From positions 4,300,705 to 4,364,704 of the forward strand of contig CAXXLX010000001.1 of the NCBI GenBank assembly GCA_963665235.2: a stretch of 64,000 nt of DNA. Direction: 5' to 3'. Positions 17,455 to 27,591 of this stretch are shown piece after piece (within the stretch, counting starts at the first letter, position 1; each line of letters starts with the position of its first letter). Below the pieces are notes generated by a model, which was not told the origin of the DNA, searched no databases, and worked only from the letters and a program-made list of their open reading frames with translations. The translations under genes were made by a program, and so were the position numbers. This stretch comes from Candidatus Poribacteria bacterium. Lineage in GTDB: Bacteria; Poribacteria; WGA-4E; WGA-3G.

Positions 17455-18306
17455 ATGAATCAACACAATTTCAACCTTACCGATTCGGAGATTAATTTTT
17501 TCAAGACGTTCGGTTACCTCAGTTTTCCACAACTGATGGCGGACCGAATTCAAGCAATTCAGGATGCATTTGAAACCGTCTGGATGGAACGCGGCGGGGG
17601 CCACAACGGTAAACCTCACGAAGGCAAAGCACGCTCCTGCATTGTGCCCTTCATCGATCAGAGTGAAGAGCTATCATCGCTGTTAGATGACCCGCGAATT
17701 CTAGCGATTGCAAAAACACTGCTCGGCGACGATTTTAACTACATGGGAAGTGATGGCAACTTCTACGTCGGCGATACGGGGTGGCATTCAGATGGTGGGC
17801 ATAAGTTGGAAGACCCGATGCATATCAAAATCGCTTTCTATCTTGATCCGCTCACGCGTGACACCGGAGCACTTCGCGTTATTCCGGGGAGCCATCTCTT
17901 CGGGGATAACTATGCGGATGGACTCAGTCAGCAGATTGGAAGAAGTCAAGAGACGTGGGAGTTGCACGGTAAAGATGTACCAGCAGTTATCTTTGAAACA
18001 ACCCCCGGCGATCTGGTGCTGTTCAACCATAACACGAAACATGCAGCGTTCGGGGGCGGAACACGTAGGCGTATGTTTACGATGAATCTCTGTGAGCGGT
18101 ATCCAGAGCACAAGTTGGATGCCTTGCGCGCCTATATTAGCGGTGCCGCACGTTTCTGGATTGACCGCAAATATGGCGAGAAGATGGTGAACACAGCAAC
18201 ACCAGAAAGACAGATACACCTTGAACAGGGAATGGCGAACGATGGACACCTCGCGGAACTTTCACGGCAAGCCAAGGAACGTATGAGTGAACCGTCACGC
18301 GGATGA
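17455..18306 (+). CDS. Phytanoyl-CoA dioxygenase family (PhyH) Fe/2OG oxygenase
   Basis: WHSD, LRVIPGSH, PGDLVLFNH..KH, RR motifs. Confidence 0.9.
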   Translation: MNQHNFNLTDSEINFFKTFGYLSFPQLMADRIQAIQDAFETVWMERGGGHNGKPHEGKARSCIVPFIDQSEELSSLLDDPRILAIAKTLLGDDFNYMGSDGNFYVGDTGWHSDGGHKLEDPMHIKIAFYLDPLTRDTGALRVIPGSHLFGDNYADGLSQQIGRSQETWELHGKDVPAVIFETTPGDLVLFNHNTKHAAFGGGTRRRMFTMNLCERYPEHKLDALRAYISGAARFWIDRKYGEKMVNTATPERQIHLEQGMANDGHLAELSRQAKERMSEPSRG

Positions 18307-19126
18307 TGCCTGTTGCCACGTCTGCCGGACAAAAGCGGTGGCTTGTTCAAAACCTTCCTGTCCTAAACGACTGGCTTCCTCAATGCTGAGCCATCCATTG
18401 TAACCTGCTTGTCGCATGCGGGAAAAGACTTGCGGAATCGGGGCGGCACCTGTGCCGACACGGACCGGCACGAACGTTCCCGCTGCTTCCATATCGAAAA
18501 CGTGAAGTACGACAACGCGTTCAATGACTTTCTCCAAAAGTCCGAGCACATCTTCATTGAGGACGAGTGGGTTGGCGGTGTCAAAGCAGACACCGAGTGG
18601 CGTGTCAGCGAGGGCATCTAGGATTTCTAAGAAAATCTCTGTCCGTTGTGAGAAATCCCAATAATCCCACGGCGCGCCTTTGGTATGATTCTCATAGGCG
18701 AGGGTAATGCCGTGTCGTTCCGCTTCGTCAAGGGCATATCGGAATCCATCTGTAACCCAGCGCACCCCCGTTGTGTGTTGGGTACCGGGATGGTTTTGTC
18801 CGGCAGTTCACGCGAACAAACTTCGCGCCTAACGCCTTTGCAAGGACAATGTCCGCCTTCAGTTCGGTTAATTCTTGGGCGCGGTGTGTTGCATCAGGGT
18901 GTGTGAAGTCGGAATAGCAGGCGAGCATGCACGGTTCGATGCTATATTTTTCCAGAGCAGCGCGAGTGGTGTTTACTGTTTCAGCGTCGCGCTGTGGGAA
19001 AAATTTGATGCTAAAATCAACGCCATCCAGTCCTAATTTTGCCCCCAATTGAATCCATTCGACAACGGTGCTTTTTCCGCTGAAAATAGCATCGTAAAGA
19101 GAGACAGGGAGACAACTGAGTTTCAT
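18295..19126 (-). CDS. Sugar phosphate isomerase/epimerase (TIM barrel), frameshifted near 18810
   Basis: Two consecutive ORFs join into one protein (VRVTAGQNHPG...LAYENH...DTAN...SIEE) if one base is removed. Confidence 0.75.
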
Positions 19127-19173
19127 GGTCTTGTTATGTGTTGTAGATGGGGTTTGAAACGTCGCTTATACTG

Positions 19174-20166
19174 CTATTCGTCAAGCCAGCTCATCATACT
19201 GCGTAGATTTTTGCCGACCTCTTCAATCTGCAATTCCGCTTCCTGTCTTCGGAGTGCGCGGAGGACAGGTTGATTCGCTTCGTTTTCCAGCACCCATTCT
19301 CGTGCAAAGATGCCACCCTGCACATCCTTCAAGATTTGACGCATCTTTTCTCGGACACTATCGTCAATAAGCTGTGGGCCGCGTGTGAGGTCACCGTATT
19401 CAGCGGTGTTGCTAACATCGTTCCGCATTTTGCTCAACCCACCAGCATAAATGAGGTCCACAATCAGTTTCAACTCATGTAGGCATTCAAAGTAAGCCAT
19501 TTCGGGTTGATATCCCGCCTCAACGAGCGTATCGAAGGCGGCTTTGATAAGTGCAGCAGTTCCGCCACACAGCACGGCTTGTTCCCCGAAGAGGTCGGTC
19601 TCGGTTTCCTCGCGAAATGTGGTCTCAATGACTCCAGCGCGGGTGCCACCGATGCCTCTGGCGTAAGCAAGGGCAATATCTCGAGCTGCGCCTGTCGTGT
19701 CTTGATGGATGGCGATGAGACACGGGACACCCCCCCCGCCTTCAAAAACTTCGCGGACGAGTGAGCCCGGCCCCTTCGGTGCAATCATCGTCACGTCAAT
19801 GTCCGCGGCGGGGATAATCTGGCCGAAGTGGACACTGAACCCATGCGAGACCATGAGCATGTTTCCCTCTTGCATGTTTGGTGCAATCTGGTCCCGGTAA
19901 ACAGCGGAGTGGCGTTCGTCAGGAATGAGAATCTGCACGATGTCTGCCATCGCTGCAGCTTCTTCAACCGTTTTGACGGTTAACCCTTCAGCCTCTGCGC
20001 GGGCTTTTGAGGGGCTGCCTTCGTATAATCCAATAACGACGTTCGCGCCGCTGTCCTTGAGGTTTAGGGCTTGTGCCCTGCCTTGTGCACCATAACCGAT
20101 GATGGCGACGGTACGTTGTTTCAGTAAAGCGAAATTGGCATCGCTATCGTAATAAATTGTTGCCAT
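19174..20166 (-). CDS. ilvC: Ketol-acid reductoisomerase
   Basis: [37 protein letters not shown]. Confidence 0.97.
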   Translation of the reverse strand: MATIYYDSDANFALLKQRTVAIIGYGAQGRAQALNLKDSGANVVIGLYEGSPSKARAEAEGLTVKTVEEAAAMADIVQILIPDERHSAVYRDQIAPNMQEGNMLMVSHGFSVHFGQIIPAADIDVTMIAPKGPGSLVREVFEGGGGVPCLIAIHQDTTGAARDIALAYARGIGGTRAGVIETTFREETETDLFGEQAVLCGGTAALIKAAFDTLVEAGYQPEMAYFECLHELKLIVDLIYAGGLSKMRNDVSNTAEYGDLTRGPQLIDDSVREKMRQILKDVQGGIFAREWVLENEANQPVLRALRRQEAELQIEEVGKNLRSMMSWLDE

Positions 20167-20247
20167 AAATTCTATACCTCTTTTAATATTTTGAAGGCTC
20201 CCTATAATCCACTAAAGGTGTGTACCGGCTCATGAAATCAGGTGAGA

Positions 20248-20748
20248 CTATTTTGTAGCTCCTCGCGGCATCGCGATTTTGCCGGTACGCGCTAACTCAA
20301 GAATACCGTACGTGTTGAAAATTTCAATTGCGGCTTCCAATTTTCCTTCATCCCCGGTAATTTCAAGCACAAGGGAGGCGGGTTTCGTATCAATAACGCG
20401 GGCGCGGAAGACTTCAGCGACCTGTAAGATTTCAGCGCGTTTCCGAGGCTCATCAGTGCCAATCTTGATTAAGAGGAGTTCCCGTTCAACATGCGTTCCG
20501 GCGGATAGGTTGGTAACCTCTATAACATCTATCAGCCTATTCAGGTGCTGATAGATCTGTTCGATGATTTGCGCGTCCCCGTGTGTCACAAGGGTTATCT
20601 GTGAGATGCTCTCGTCATGCGTTGCAGCGACGTTAAGGCTGTCGATATTAAAACCGCGTCCGCTGAAAAGTCCCGCAACCCGTGCAAGGACACCGAATCG
20701 GTTTTCGACTATGACAGAAAAAATATGTCGTTCTTCTTTATTATCCAT
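20248..20748 (-). CDS. ilvN: Acetolactate synthase small subunit
   Basis: VENRFGVLARVAGLFSGRGFNIDSL ACT domain; ELARTG. Confidence 0.95.
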   Translation of the reverse strand: MDNKEERHIFSVIVENRFGVLARVAGLFSGRGFNIDSLNVAATHDESISQITLVTHGDAQIIEQIYQHLNRLIDVIEVTNLSAGTHVERELLLIKIGTDEPRKRAEILQVAEVFRARVIDTKPASLVLEITGDEGKLEAAIEIFNTYGILELARTGKIAMPRGATK

Positions 20749-20838
20749 AATGTTAAAAACTTTTTATCCCCTAGCATTGATAACGGTTGTTGGTTATTGG
20801 TAGGGTTGGGAGTCTGAGATTAATTGCTAATTGCCAAT

Positions 20839-22521
20839 TTAGGATAATCCGCGGATAACATCTCCGAGGCCTTCGCCTGCTGGCACCATCGGGAACACGT
20901 TTTCCTCTTCATCAACGATAAAGTCAATGACGACGGGGCCATCATTAATCCCTTTTGCCTTCAGCAACGCAGGTCTTACATCTTCGGGGTGTTCAACGCG
21001 TAGCCCGGTTGCACCGAATGCTTGCGCGAGCAAGGCAAAATCGGGATTGTCGTGATAATCCACAGCGGAATAACGTTTGCCGTGGAAAAGTTCCTGCCAC
21101 TGCCGCACCATCCCGAGATACATGTTGTTGATGATGAATATCTTAAGCGGTAGTTTCAACGTAATTGCAGGGACGAGCTCCTGAATGGTCATGATGTAAG
21201 AGCCATCGCCGTTAATATTGACAACCGTTTCGTCTGGGCATCCGAGCTGTGCACCGATTGCTGCGGGAAGACTGAAACCCATCGTGCCGAGCCCCCCGGA
21301 GTTAAGCCATTGCCGAGGCTCCGTGAATTTGAAGTACTGCGCTGCCCACATCTGATGTTGCCCGACATCCGCTACAACAATAGCGTCGCTGTAATGTTCA
21401 TAAATCTGTTCAATGACATATTGCGGCATCACACGAGTGCCTTTCTGCTCGTATTCAAACGGATATTTCTGTTTCCACTCCTGAATCTGTGCGCGCCACG
21501 GGTCAATGTCTGCCATGCCGACCTGTTTATTCAGTTCCCTGAGAACGTTCTTTGCATCCCCAACGATGGGTACATCAATAGGCACATTTTTACCGATACA
21601 GGATGCGTCGATATCGATATGAATTTTCTTTGCGTTCGGTGCGAACTTTTTCAGGTCGCCTGTAACGCGGTCATCGAATCTGGCACCGATAGCAATGACA
21701 AGGTCCGCATCGGTGAAAGCGTAGTTTGCACAACAGGAGCCGTGCATGCCTGGCATCTCCATCGCCAGCGGGTGGGTTTCGGGGAACGCGCCGAGGCCCA
21801 TTAACGTGACGGTAATCGGGATGCCGGTTTTGAGGGTCAGCTCTCGAAGTTCTTCACTTGCATTTGCTAGAACAACGCCGCCGCCTGCATAAAGAATCGG
21901 TTGTTTCGCCGTTTTAATCAGGTCAGCTGCTTTTGCAATTTGTGCAGGGTCACCCTCTACCTGCGGTTTGTAGCTGCGAATGTCAACGTTCTCTGGATAC
22001 TGGAAAAATGTCTCGTTTTTCTGTGCATCTTTTGCGATGTCAATGATTACAGGACCGGGCTTCCCTGTCTGGGCGATATGGAACGCTTCGGCGACAACAT
22101 CCGCCACCTCGTCGCAACTTTTGACGAGATAACTGTGCTTACAAATCGGGCGGGTGACACCGATGACATCACATTCTTGAAAGGCATCACTGCCAATAAA
22201 ATGTGTAAACACCTGTCCGGTAATCGCTATCATCGGAATTGAGTCCATATAGGCCGTTGCGATTCCGGTGACAAGATTCGTTGCGCCGGGGCCGGAGGTT
22301 GCAAGGGCAACGCCGACTTTACCTGTGGCGCGTGCGTATCCATCAGCAGCGTGAGAGGCGCCTTGCTCGTGCCGCATCGGAATTAATTTGAGGTCTGTCT
22401 CACTGTAAAGGGCATCGAAAATCGGCATAGCAGCGCCACCGTTTACACCGAAAATATATTCTGCCCCTTCGCGCTTGAGACTTTCAACCAGGATTTGGGC
22501 TCCTGACAATTCCATCGCCAT
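20839..22521 (-). CDS. ilvB: Acetolactate synthase large subunit
   Basis: RHEQGASHAADGYAR, TSGPGATN, GQHQMWAAQ, GDGS...NN..LGMVRQWQ. Confidence 0.97.
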   Translation of the reverse strand: MAMELSGAQILVESLKREGAEYIFGVNGGAAMPIFDALYSETDLKLIPMRHEQGASHAADGYARATGKVGVALATSGPGATNLVTGIATAYMDSIPMIAITGQVFTHFIGSDAFQECDVIGVTRPICKHSYLVKSCDEVADVVAEAFHIAQTGKPGPVIIDIAKDAQKNETFFQYPENVDIRSYKPQVEGDPAQIAKAADLIKTAKQPILYAGGGVVLANASEELRELTLKTGIPITVTLMGLGAFPETHPLAMEMPGMHGSCCANYAFTDADLVIAIGARFDDRVTGDLKKFAPNAKKIHIDIDASCIGKNVPIDVPIVGDAKNVLRELNKQVGMADIDPWRAQIQEWKQKYPFEYEQKGTRVMPQYVIEQIYEHYSDAIVVADVGQHQMWAAQYFKFTEPRQWLNSGGLGTMGFSLPAAIGAQLGCPDETVVNINGDGSYIMTIQELVPAITLKLPLKIFIINNMYLGMVRQWQELFHGKRYSAVDYHDNPDFALLAQAFGATGLRVEHPEDVRPALLKAKGINDGPVVIDFIVDEEENVFPMVPAGEGLGDVIRGLS

Positions 22522-22540
22522 CCTCCTTATAAAATGACAT

Positions 22541-22818
22541 GAAAAAACCCTCCCGTTCCAAAACTGGAGACGAGAAGGCTCTATAAGATTACCTTACCGT
22601 GGTACCACTCCAATTCCCGTTCTCATTTTTTCACTGAGAAAGGGCACTCTTGGGGATGCGATAACGGGCATCACACCGGCTAACCCTACACAACAACCCA
22701 TGCCTTCGGATTAGCAGCTCCAGGGCGACCTTCAGTCGGTAGCACTTGAGGAAACCTCTCAGCCTACGAATTTCCTTCTCTGACAAGCCGAGCCGACTTA
22801 CTCCTCCCCTTCAACGCT
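22541..22818 (-). promoter_or_regulatory. T-box riboswitch leader of ilvBNC (probable GUC Val specifier) with intrinsic terminator
   Basis: Minus strand: AGTA, AGAGA and GCTGAGA stem I motifs, GAAG-GTC-G specifier loop, CCGTTATC, T-box AATTGGAGTGGTACCACG, terminator CCTTCTCGT...ACGGGAGGGTTTTTT. Confidence 0.9.
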
Positions 22819-22872
22819 TTTTTTGTAAATTTAATTCAACGTGTTACTAAAAATTGTGTTTCCTTTTTTTAA

Positions 22873-22901
22873 AGTATAACACATTTAAAGCGAGATGTCA
22901 A
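22873..22901 (-). promoter_or_regulatory. Sigma70 promoter for the T-box-ilv operon
   Basis: TTGACA-17 nt-TATACT on the minus strand. Confidence 0.7.
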
Positions 22902-22998
22902 GAAAAAATGTGAATCTTTTCGGGAACATCCGGTTTACCGAGGGCCGATAGGTGCAATTTCCTAACTTGCACCTACTACACTGTCCAAATAATGGTGT

Positions 22999-23811
22999 CT
23001 ATCGCAGAGATTTTAGTCGTCCCCACACAGTGCTGACTTTATCGGCAGGGTTGACTGGTCTTGCGTCAGCAAACCGGTTTGAAATCAGTTCGGCATATTC
23101 CGTTGCGACCTGCTCGTTCCCTGGTATTGACGTGCCGCAGCAGGAGGTATGAAAATTGATGAACCACCCCTTCATATCTTCTGTTCGGTAAGCAATCGGA
23201 TCAGCGTCTGAGCCATTGTCTGCATAGCTTTCAAACTCAAAATTGTTTTGCTCTAATGCTCCTATACCTACAGGACGATTTGATGTCCAATTCTTAAGCG
23301 AAGGGATGTACTGCTTGCCGAGATCGGTGGGTTTAACAGCTGCGGTGTTTGCATTGGTAACGGTAGCACCAAACACAGTTTGCTGGCCTGCCCCTGTTAT
23401 GGGAACTCGGTTATTCGCTCCAAAATCCCAATAGTAGTAGAAAGGGTAATCCCCTATGAAACCGCCGATACCGCCTTCTCTCAACCATGAATGAACCAGA
23501 TCGGCTTTTCCTTTGTTCTGAAATATCGTTTCAGGGGTGTTCCCTTGTGTGAGCACATAGATACCTTGTGGGTTTGCATCCATATAATCTACTAACTGGT
23601 CAGCGTCGACGATTTCTGCCTCCAGTTTTTTATCCTGAAGTTTTTCTACAATGAGGTCAGCTAACCCTTTCGCTCCCGCTGCCCCACCTGCAATACCTAA
23701 GCCCTCGCCATTTTCCATTCTAGCATCGTAAACGACAGCGACATCTTGCGCGAAGGCGTAACCGGATAAAGTTATAGCGATAATCGATACCAAACAAAAT
23801 AATCTTTTCAT
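22999..23811 (-). CDS. Secreted hypothetical protein with C-terminal V.P..K.STVWGRLK motif
   Basis: Signal peptide ending AFA; GGAGG SD. Confidence 0.75.
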   Translation of the reverse strand: MKRLFCLVSIIAITLSGYAFAQDVAVVYDARMENGEGLGIAGGAAGAKGLADLIVEKLQDKKLEAEIVDADQLVDYMDANPQGIYVLTQGNTPETIFQNKGKADLVHSWLREGGIGGFIGDYPFYYYWDFGANNRVPITGAGQQTVFGATVTNANTAAVKPTDLGKQYIPSLKNWTSNRPVGIGALEQNNFEFESYADNGSDADPIAYRTEDMKGWFINFHTSCCGTSIPGNEQVATEYAELISNRFADARPVNPADKVSTVWGRLKSLR

Positions 23812-23926
23812 TTCAATTCCTCCAAATTGTTTATAAGCATGGGGAAAACCGAATGGTGTGTAGGCGAAACGTTAGGTAGGTAGGGACAGATTAAAGGCTG
23901 TCCCTACAAACACGTCCAATCGGTTT

Positions 23927-24532
23927 TTAGGCATGTGCCGCATAGATTTCGTTGACTTTGGTCCAGTTAATAACATTCGTCCATGCTTCAACGTAATCTG
24001 CTCGCCGGTTCTGATAGTGCAAGTAGTACGCGTGTTCCCAGACATCAATACCGAGTATTGGGATATGCCCCTGCATGATAGGACTGTCCTGATTTGCCGT
24101 GGAATAGATTTCTAATCCATCGTCGCCAATGACGAGCCATGCCCAGCCGGAGCCGAAACGTGTCGCAGCGGCTTTTCCAAATTCTTCTCTAGCACCTTCA
24201 GCGGAGCCGAACGCAGCGGTTATCGCTTTAACCAAGTCTTCACTCGGTTCGCCGCCATTGGGGCTCATAATTGACCAGAAGAGCGAATGATTCGCATGCC
24301 CGCCACCGTTGTTAATAACAGCCTGACGTTTGTCTTCCGGCACCTGGTCGAGGTTGCCAAGCAGTTCGTGAACATCCATATCCGCGAGGTCCCCGAGGCC
24401 TTCTAAGGCAGCGTTCAGGTTGTTGACGTAGCCTTGATGGTGTTTGCCGTGATGGATTTCCATCGTTTTCGTGTCAATGTAAGGTTCCAAAGCATCGTGT
24501 GCATAAGACAGTTCTGGTAATGTGTGTGCCAT
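23927..24532 (-). CDS. sodA: Superoxide dismutase (Mn/Fe family, Mn-type signature)
   Basis: [30 protein letters not shown]; start MAHTL with AGGAGG SD. Confidence 0.93.
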   Translation of the reverse strand: MAHTLPELSYAHDALEPYIDTKTMEIHHGKHHQGYVNNLNAALEGLGDLADMDVHELLGNLDQVPEDKRQAVINNGGGHANHSLFWSIMSPNGGEPSEDLVKAITAAFGSAEGAREEFGKAAATRFGSGWAWLVIGDDGLEIYSTANQDSPIMQGHIPILGIDVWEHAYYLHYQNRRADYVEAWTNVINWTKVNEIYAAHA

Positions 24533-24632
24533 TTTAAAAATAGCCTCCTGAAAAATATATGATAATAAACATAGTATAACAGATTTATGGAAAATGTGCA
24601 AGTTTTTTCCGCGAGAGGCATCGAACAGTCAT

Positions 24633-27587
24633 CTATTCCTCAAATTGGAACTTCTCGGAAAATGCGCCGACACGGCAGACGCGCTTATAGCTACAGTAAT
24701 TACAAGGGGTTGTCCTATCGCGAGGCGTGAGAGGTGCATCCCCCTCGTCTTCCGAATCCACATAAGTGTCAACCCGCGTGATAAGCTGAAATTTACCGCT
24801 AGAGATACTATCAACGTACTGCTGAACATAGCCGCTAACACGGTTAAGTATTGCGTCAAAACGTTCATCCTCTAACAATTGCCCACTTTTTGACATTTTT
24901 GTCCAAGCTGCACCGTTGTAACGTTTGAAAGCCTCCCCATTTAGAGCTTCGTTGCCCAAACCGAGTTCAACATCGCACTGGTCCAGCCTGATTTTGTGAT
25001 AGAGCCCTGCTGCTGGCTCTAAGCCTGTCATGCCATTTTCATCTAACAATTTTTTTGCGATTTGTAGATAAATTGGGAGTTGGAGACTGTGTCCCTCAAG
25101 CACGCTCGGGATTTTAGGCGTGGTGCTGCCGGTCTTATAGTCAATTACATTAAAGACACCGTCACCAATATCAATACGGTCGATTTTGCCTGTGATAGGC
25201 ACGTCGCCAATAGGAATCGGTTCAGAGCAACTGAGTTCAGTGTCCCTGATGTTATCTGTTTTGCCAATGCCGACTTCGAAGTAGCTCGGTTCAATAGGTA
25301 AATCATAAGCGCGTTCCGCTTCAAGCCATTTGTGTAGTGAAACGTTTAGTTTGTCGATATCTATTTTCCAAAAGAGATTGTGTTCATTAATATCGGAACG
25401 TCGGGTCCGTTTTTCTTCAGATTTGTCCCGTATTATTTCATCTAATTGCCGTTTTGCTTCCTCAAATAGCACGTCGCTACAGTTCGCGATAGGTGGCATT
25501 TGTCGGTCATGGCGGTTGGTGTAGAATGTGTGAACAACTTCATGCACCAACGTGCCTCTTTCAAGACTAGATAACTCATCCTCCGTTTCGTCGTCTCCAG
25601 TCTTGAGGTTCAAGACGTTGCCAACGAAGTACTGAAACGGACACCTGGCGTAAGTTTCCAATTCGGTGACAGAATACGTTTTATCTTTTCTCTCTTCCAA
25701 TGCTGCCCGGCTTTCGTCAGAAAGGGCCTCAATTGTCAACAGCCCCTCGTAAGCTAATGCCTCGTGTGTTTTTTCGCGGCTCTTTTCAACCTGAACGACG
25801 TGTTCTATCTGATAACGTCTGTCTGCCAGGGCACTCGGGAATTCCGTGTCATCAGGGGTGTCCGTTGACCATACATGATTACCGTAAGTGCTGAGAAAAC
25901 CTGATGCCGTGATTTGTGTGGGGTTCTCAATTTTAAGCCTTTCAATATTGATTATCTTCTCTAAGTCCGCTATAAATGGCGAGGCAATAAGTGTGGATTC
26001 ACCCTCATGCTGCGGGACCGTTAGATAGAGCAACTTCCGAAAAGATTTGAGGACCCTATAGAACAGGAATCGATTGTCATAACGTTGTGCTTCCTCAGTG
26101 CGATAAGGGGCTGTGGGCAGAAGCGGGTCGGGTCGATAATTCACAGGGAATCTGCCTTCCACAAAATCGCCTAAAAAAACAGTATCAAACTCAAGGTTTC
26201 TCAGTTCAGCTAGCTGCAAAATTTTGATAGTCTCTCCCACCGCTACTGCCTTAGTTTGATACTTTGTATGCCTTGCTATGAAGCGAAGTTCTTCAACGTA
26301 ATCGTTTAAGGGCTGAGCCTCATTTCCCTCCGCTTCTAAAACCTCACAAAGCTCTGTAACGAGCTTATTGAATTGGTGATACGCGTTCACTTCCCCTTCA
26401 ACGATATGGCGGTTTGTTTGCAGCATCGGGTTCAGAATTTGCGAAATAACCTCGCTTTTTTTGAGGACATCGGTGACATATCCCAGAAATTCCTTAGGGA
26501 GGAGTGGACGTTTGGAGGATGAAAACCCCTCAAAAATTGTTTTGACAACCTTTGATTTGGTGAGCGGTACGCCTTCTGTAAACGAATGGGGGATTCCGTA
26601 AGCGGGAAAAACTTCCGCGATACGTTGTTGATATTGCATAGGATTGTAAAAGGTAACACAGATGTCGCTGAGTTTGCAGTCACCTTTTGAAACGTGTTGT
26701 TGAATTTGATACGCTATCTGTTCCACCTCTTCGCCTCGGTTGGCAGGTTCCAAAAGTCTAATCTGATGCGTTGTGTCAGCGATACGGGTAGGGTTCGGAC
26801 AAAATAGGTTTTCTGCGAAATGTTGGTGTTCCTCGAGGTCGCGTTCATAGGTGGTATCAATATGGATGTCTTTAAATTCCGAGATGAGGGGAACAATATT
26901 TCCGTAGAGGTTTTCATTTTCCTCAAGGTAATCCGTGCGAAACCACATCTCTACTGTAGGTATCCGGGCAGTCCGTTTCAGAATTTTGATGTCGGTTTCC
27001 GAAAGGACAGAGAATCCTTCAACAACAACAAGGTTCGTTTGGCGAAAAGCATTCGCCATAAACTGTGCCTCAAAATTGTCGGCAAGATAAGCGTGTTTCC
27101 CCTGTTCATCTATCCACTGGTCTTTGAGTTTTTTCTGATAATCGGCGTAAATGTCGGTCAGGTCAGCAAGGAGCGGATTGTTTTCACCTAAGTCCTGGGG
27201 TGAAGTGCTACGCTCCTTAAGCCGATTAATCGTTTCTACAATCAGGGAGAGCGTACTATCAGGTGTTCCGATATTTTCCATCGGCCGAAGTGCTTGATAT
27301 CGGTAGGTGTCGGCGTTAGCAGCTTTAAAATCGGTAATTTGGTGCAGCCAACGGGTTTGTAGTCCCGATGAGATGCTGCGTTTCTCCGGGGTTACCTGTT
27401 TATAGAGCATACTCACAAAACGTTCAATCGCGTACACTTGCAAATTGGCAATTGCCCTATTTGGGTGGTACGCGATTAATTCACGCTCCCGTTTCAAGCG
27501 GGCGGCATCGTTCGGAACAATGACGATAAAGGTGTGTGCCTCATCGTTCTGAATGCGGGTTTTAAGAATGTCCTCTATGTTCTGCAT
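24633..27587 (-). CDS. AddB/RexB-like ATP-dependent nuclease subunit B (PD-(D/E)XK, Fe-S cluster)
   Basis: SVTELETYARCPFQYF, ERGTLVH, GKIDRID, IDYKTG, QLPIY, CNYCSYKRVC. Confidence 0.85.
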   Translation of the reverse strand: MQNIEDILKTRIQNDEAHTFIVIVPNDAARLKRERELIAYHPNRAIANLQVYAIERFVSMLYKQVTPEKRSISSGLQTRWLHQITDFKAANADTYRYQALRPMENIGTPDSTLSLIVETINRLKERSTSPQDLGENNPLLADLTDIYADYQKKLKDQWIDEQGKHAYLADNFEAQFMANAFRQTNLVVVEGFSVLSETDIKILKRTARIPTVEMWFRTDYLEENENLYGNIVPLISEFKDIHIDTTYERDLEEHQHFAENLFCPNPTRIADTTHQIRLLEPANRGEEVEQIAYQIQQHVSKGDCKLSDICVTFYNPMQYQQRIAEVFPAYGIPHSFTEGVPLTKSKVVKTIFEGFSSSKRPLLPKEFLGYVTDVLKKSEVISQILNPMLQTNRHIVEGEVNAYHQFNKLVTELCEVLEAEGNEAQPLNDYVEELRFIARHTKYQTKAVAVGETIKILQLAELRNLEFDTVFLGDFVEGRFPVNYRPDPLLPTAPYRTEEAQRYDNRFLFYRVLKSFRKLLYLTVPQHEGESTLIASPFIADLEKIINIERLKIENPTQITASGFLSTYGNHVWSTDTPDDTEFPSALADRRYQIEHVVQVEKSREKTHEALAYEGLLTIEALSDESRAALEERKDKTYSVTELETYARCPFQYFVGNVLNLKTGDDETEDELSSLERGTLVHEVVHTFYTNRHDRQMPPIANCSDVLFEEAKRQLDEIIRDKSEEKRTRRSDINEHNLFWKIDIDKLNVSLHKWLEAERAYDLPIEPSYFEVGIGKTDNIRDTELSCSEPIPIGDVPITGKIDRIDIGDGVFNVIDYKTGSTTPKIPSVLEGHSLQLPIYLQIAKKLLDENGMTGLEPAAGLYHKIRLDQCDVELGLGNEALNGEAFKRYNGAAWTKMSKSGQLLEDERFDAILNRVSGYVQQYVDSISSGKFQLITRVDTYVDSEDEGDAPLTPRDRTTPCNYCSYKRVCRVGAFSEKFQFEE

Positions 27588-27591
27588 CCGT

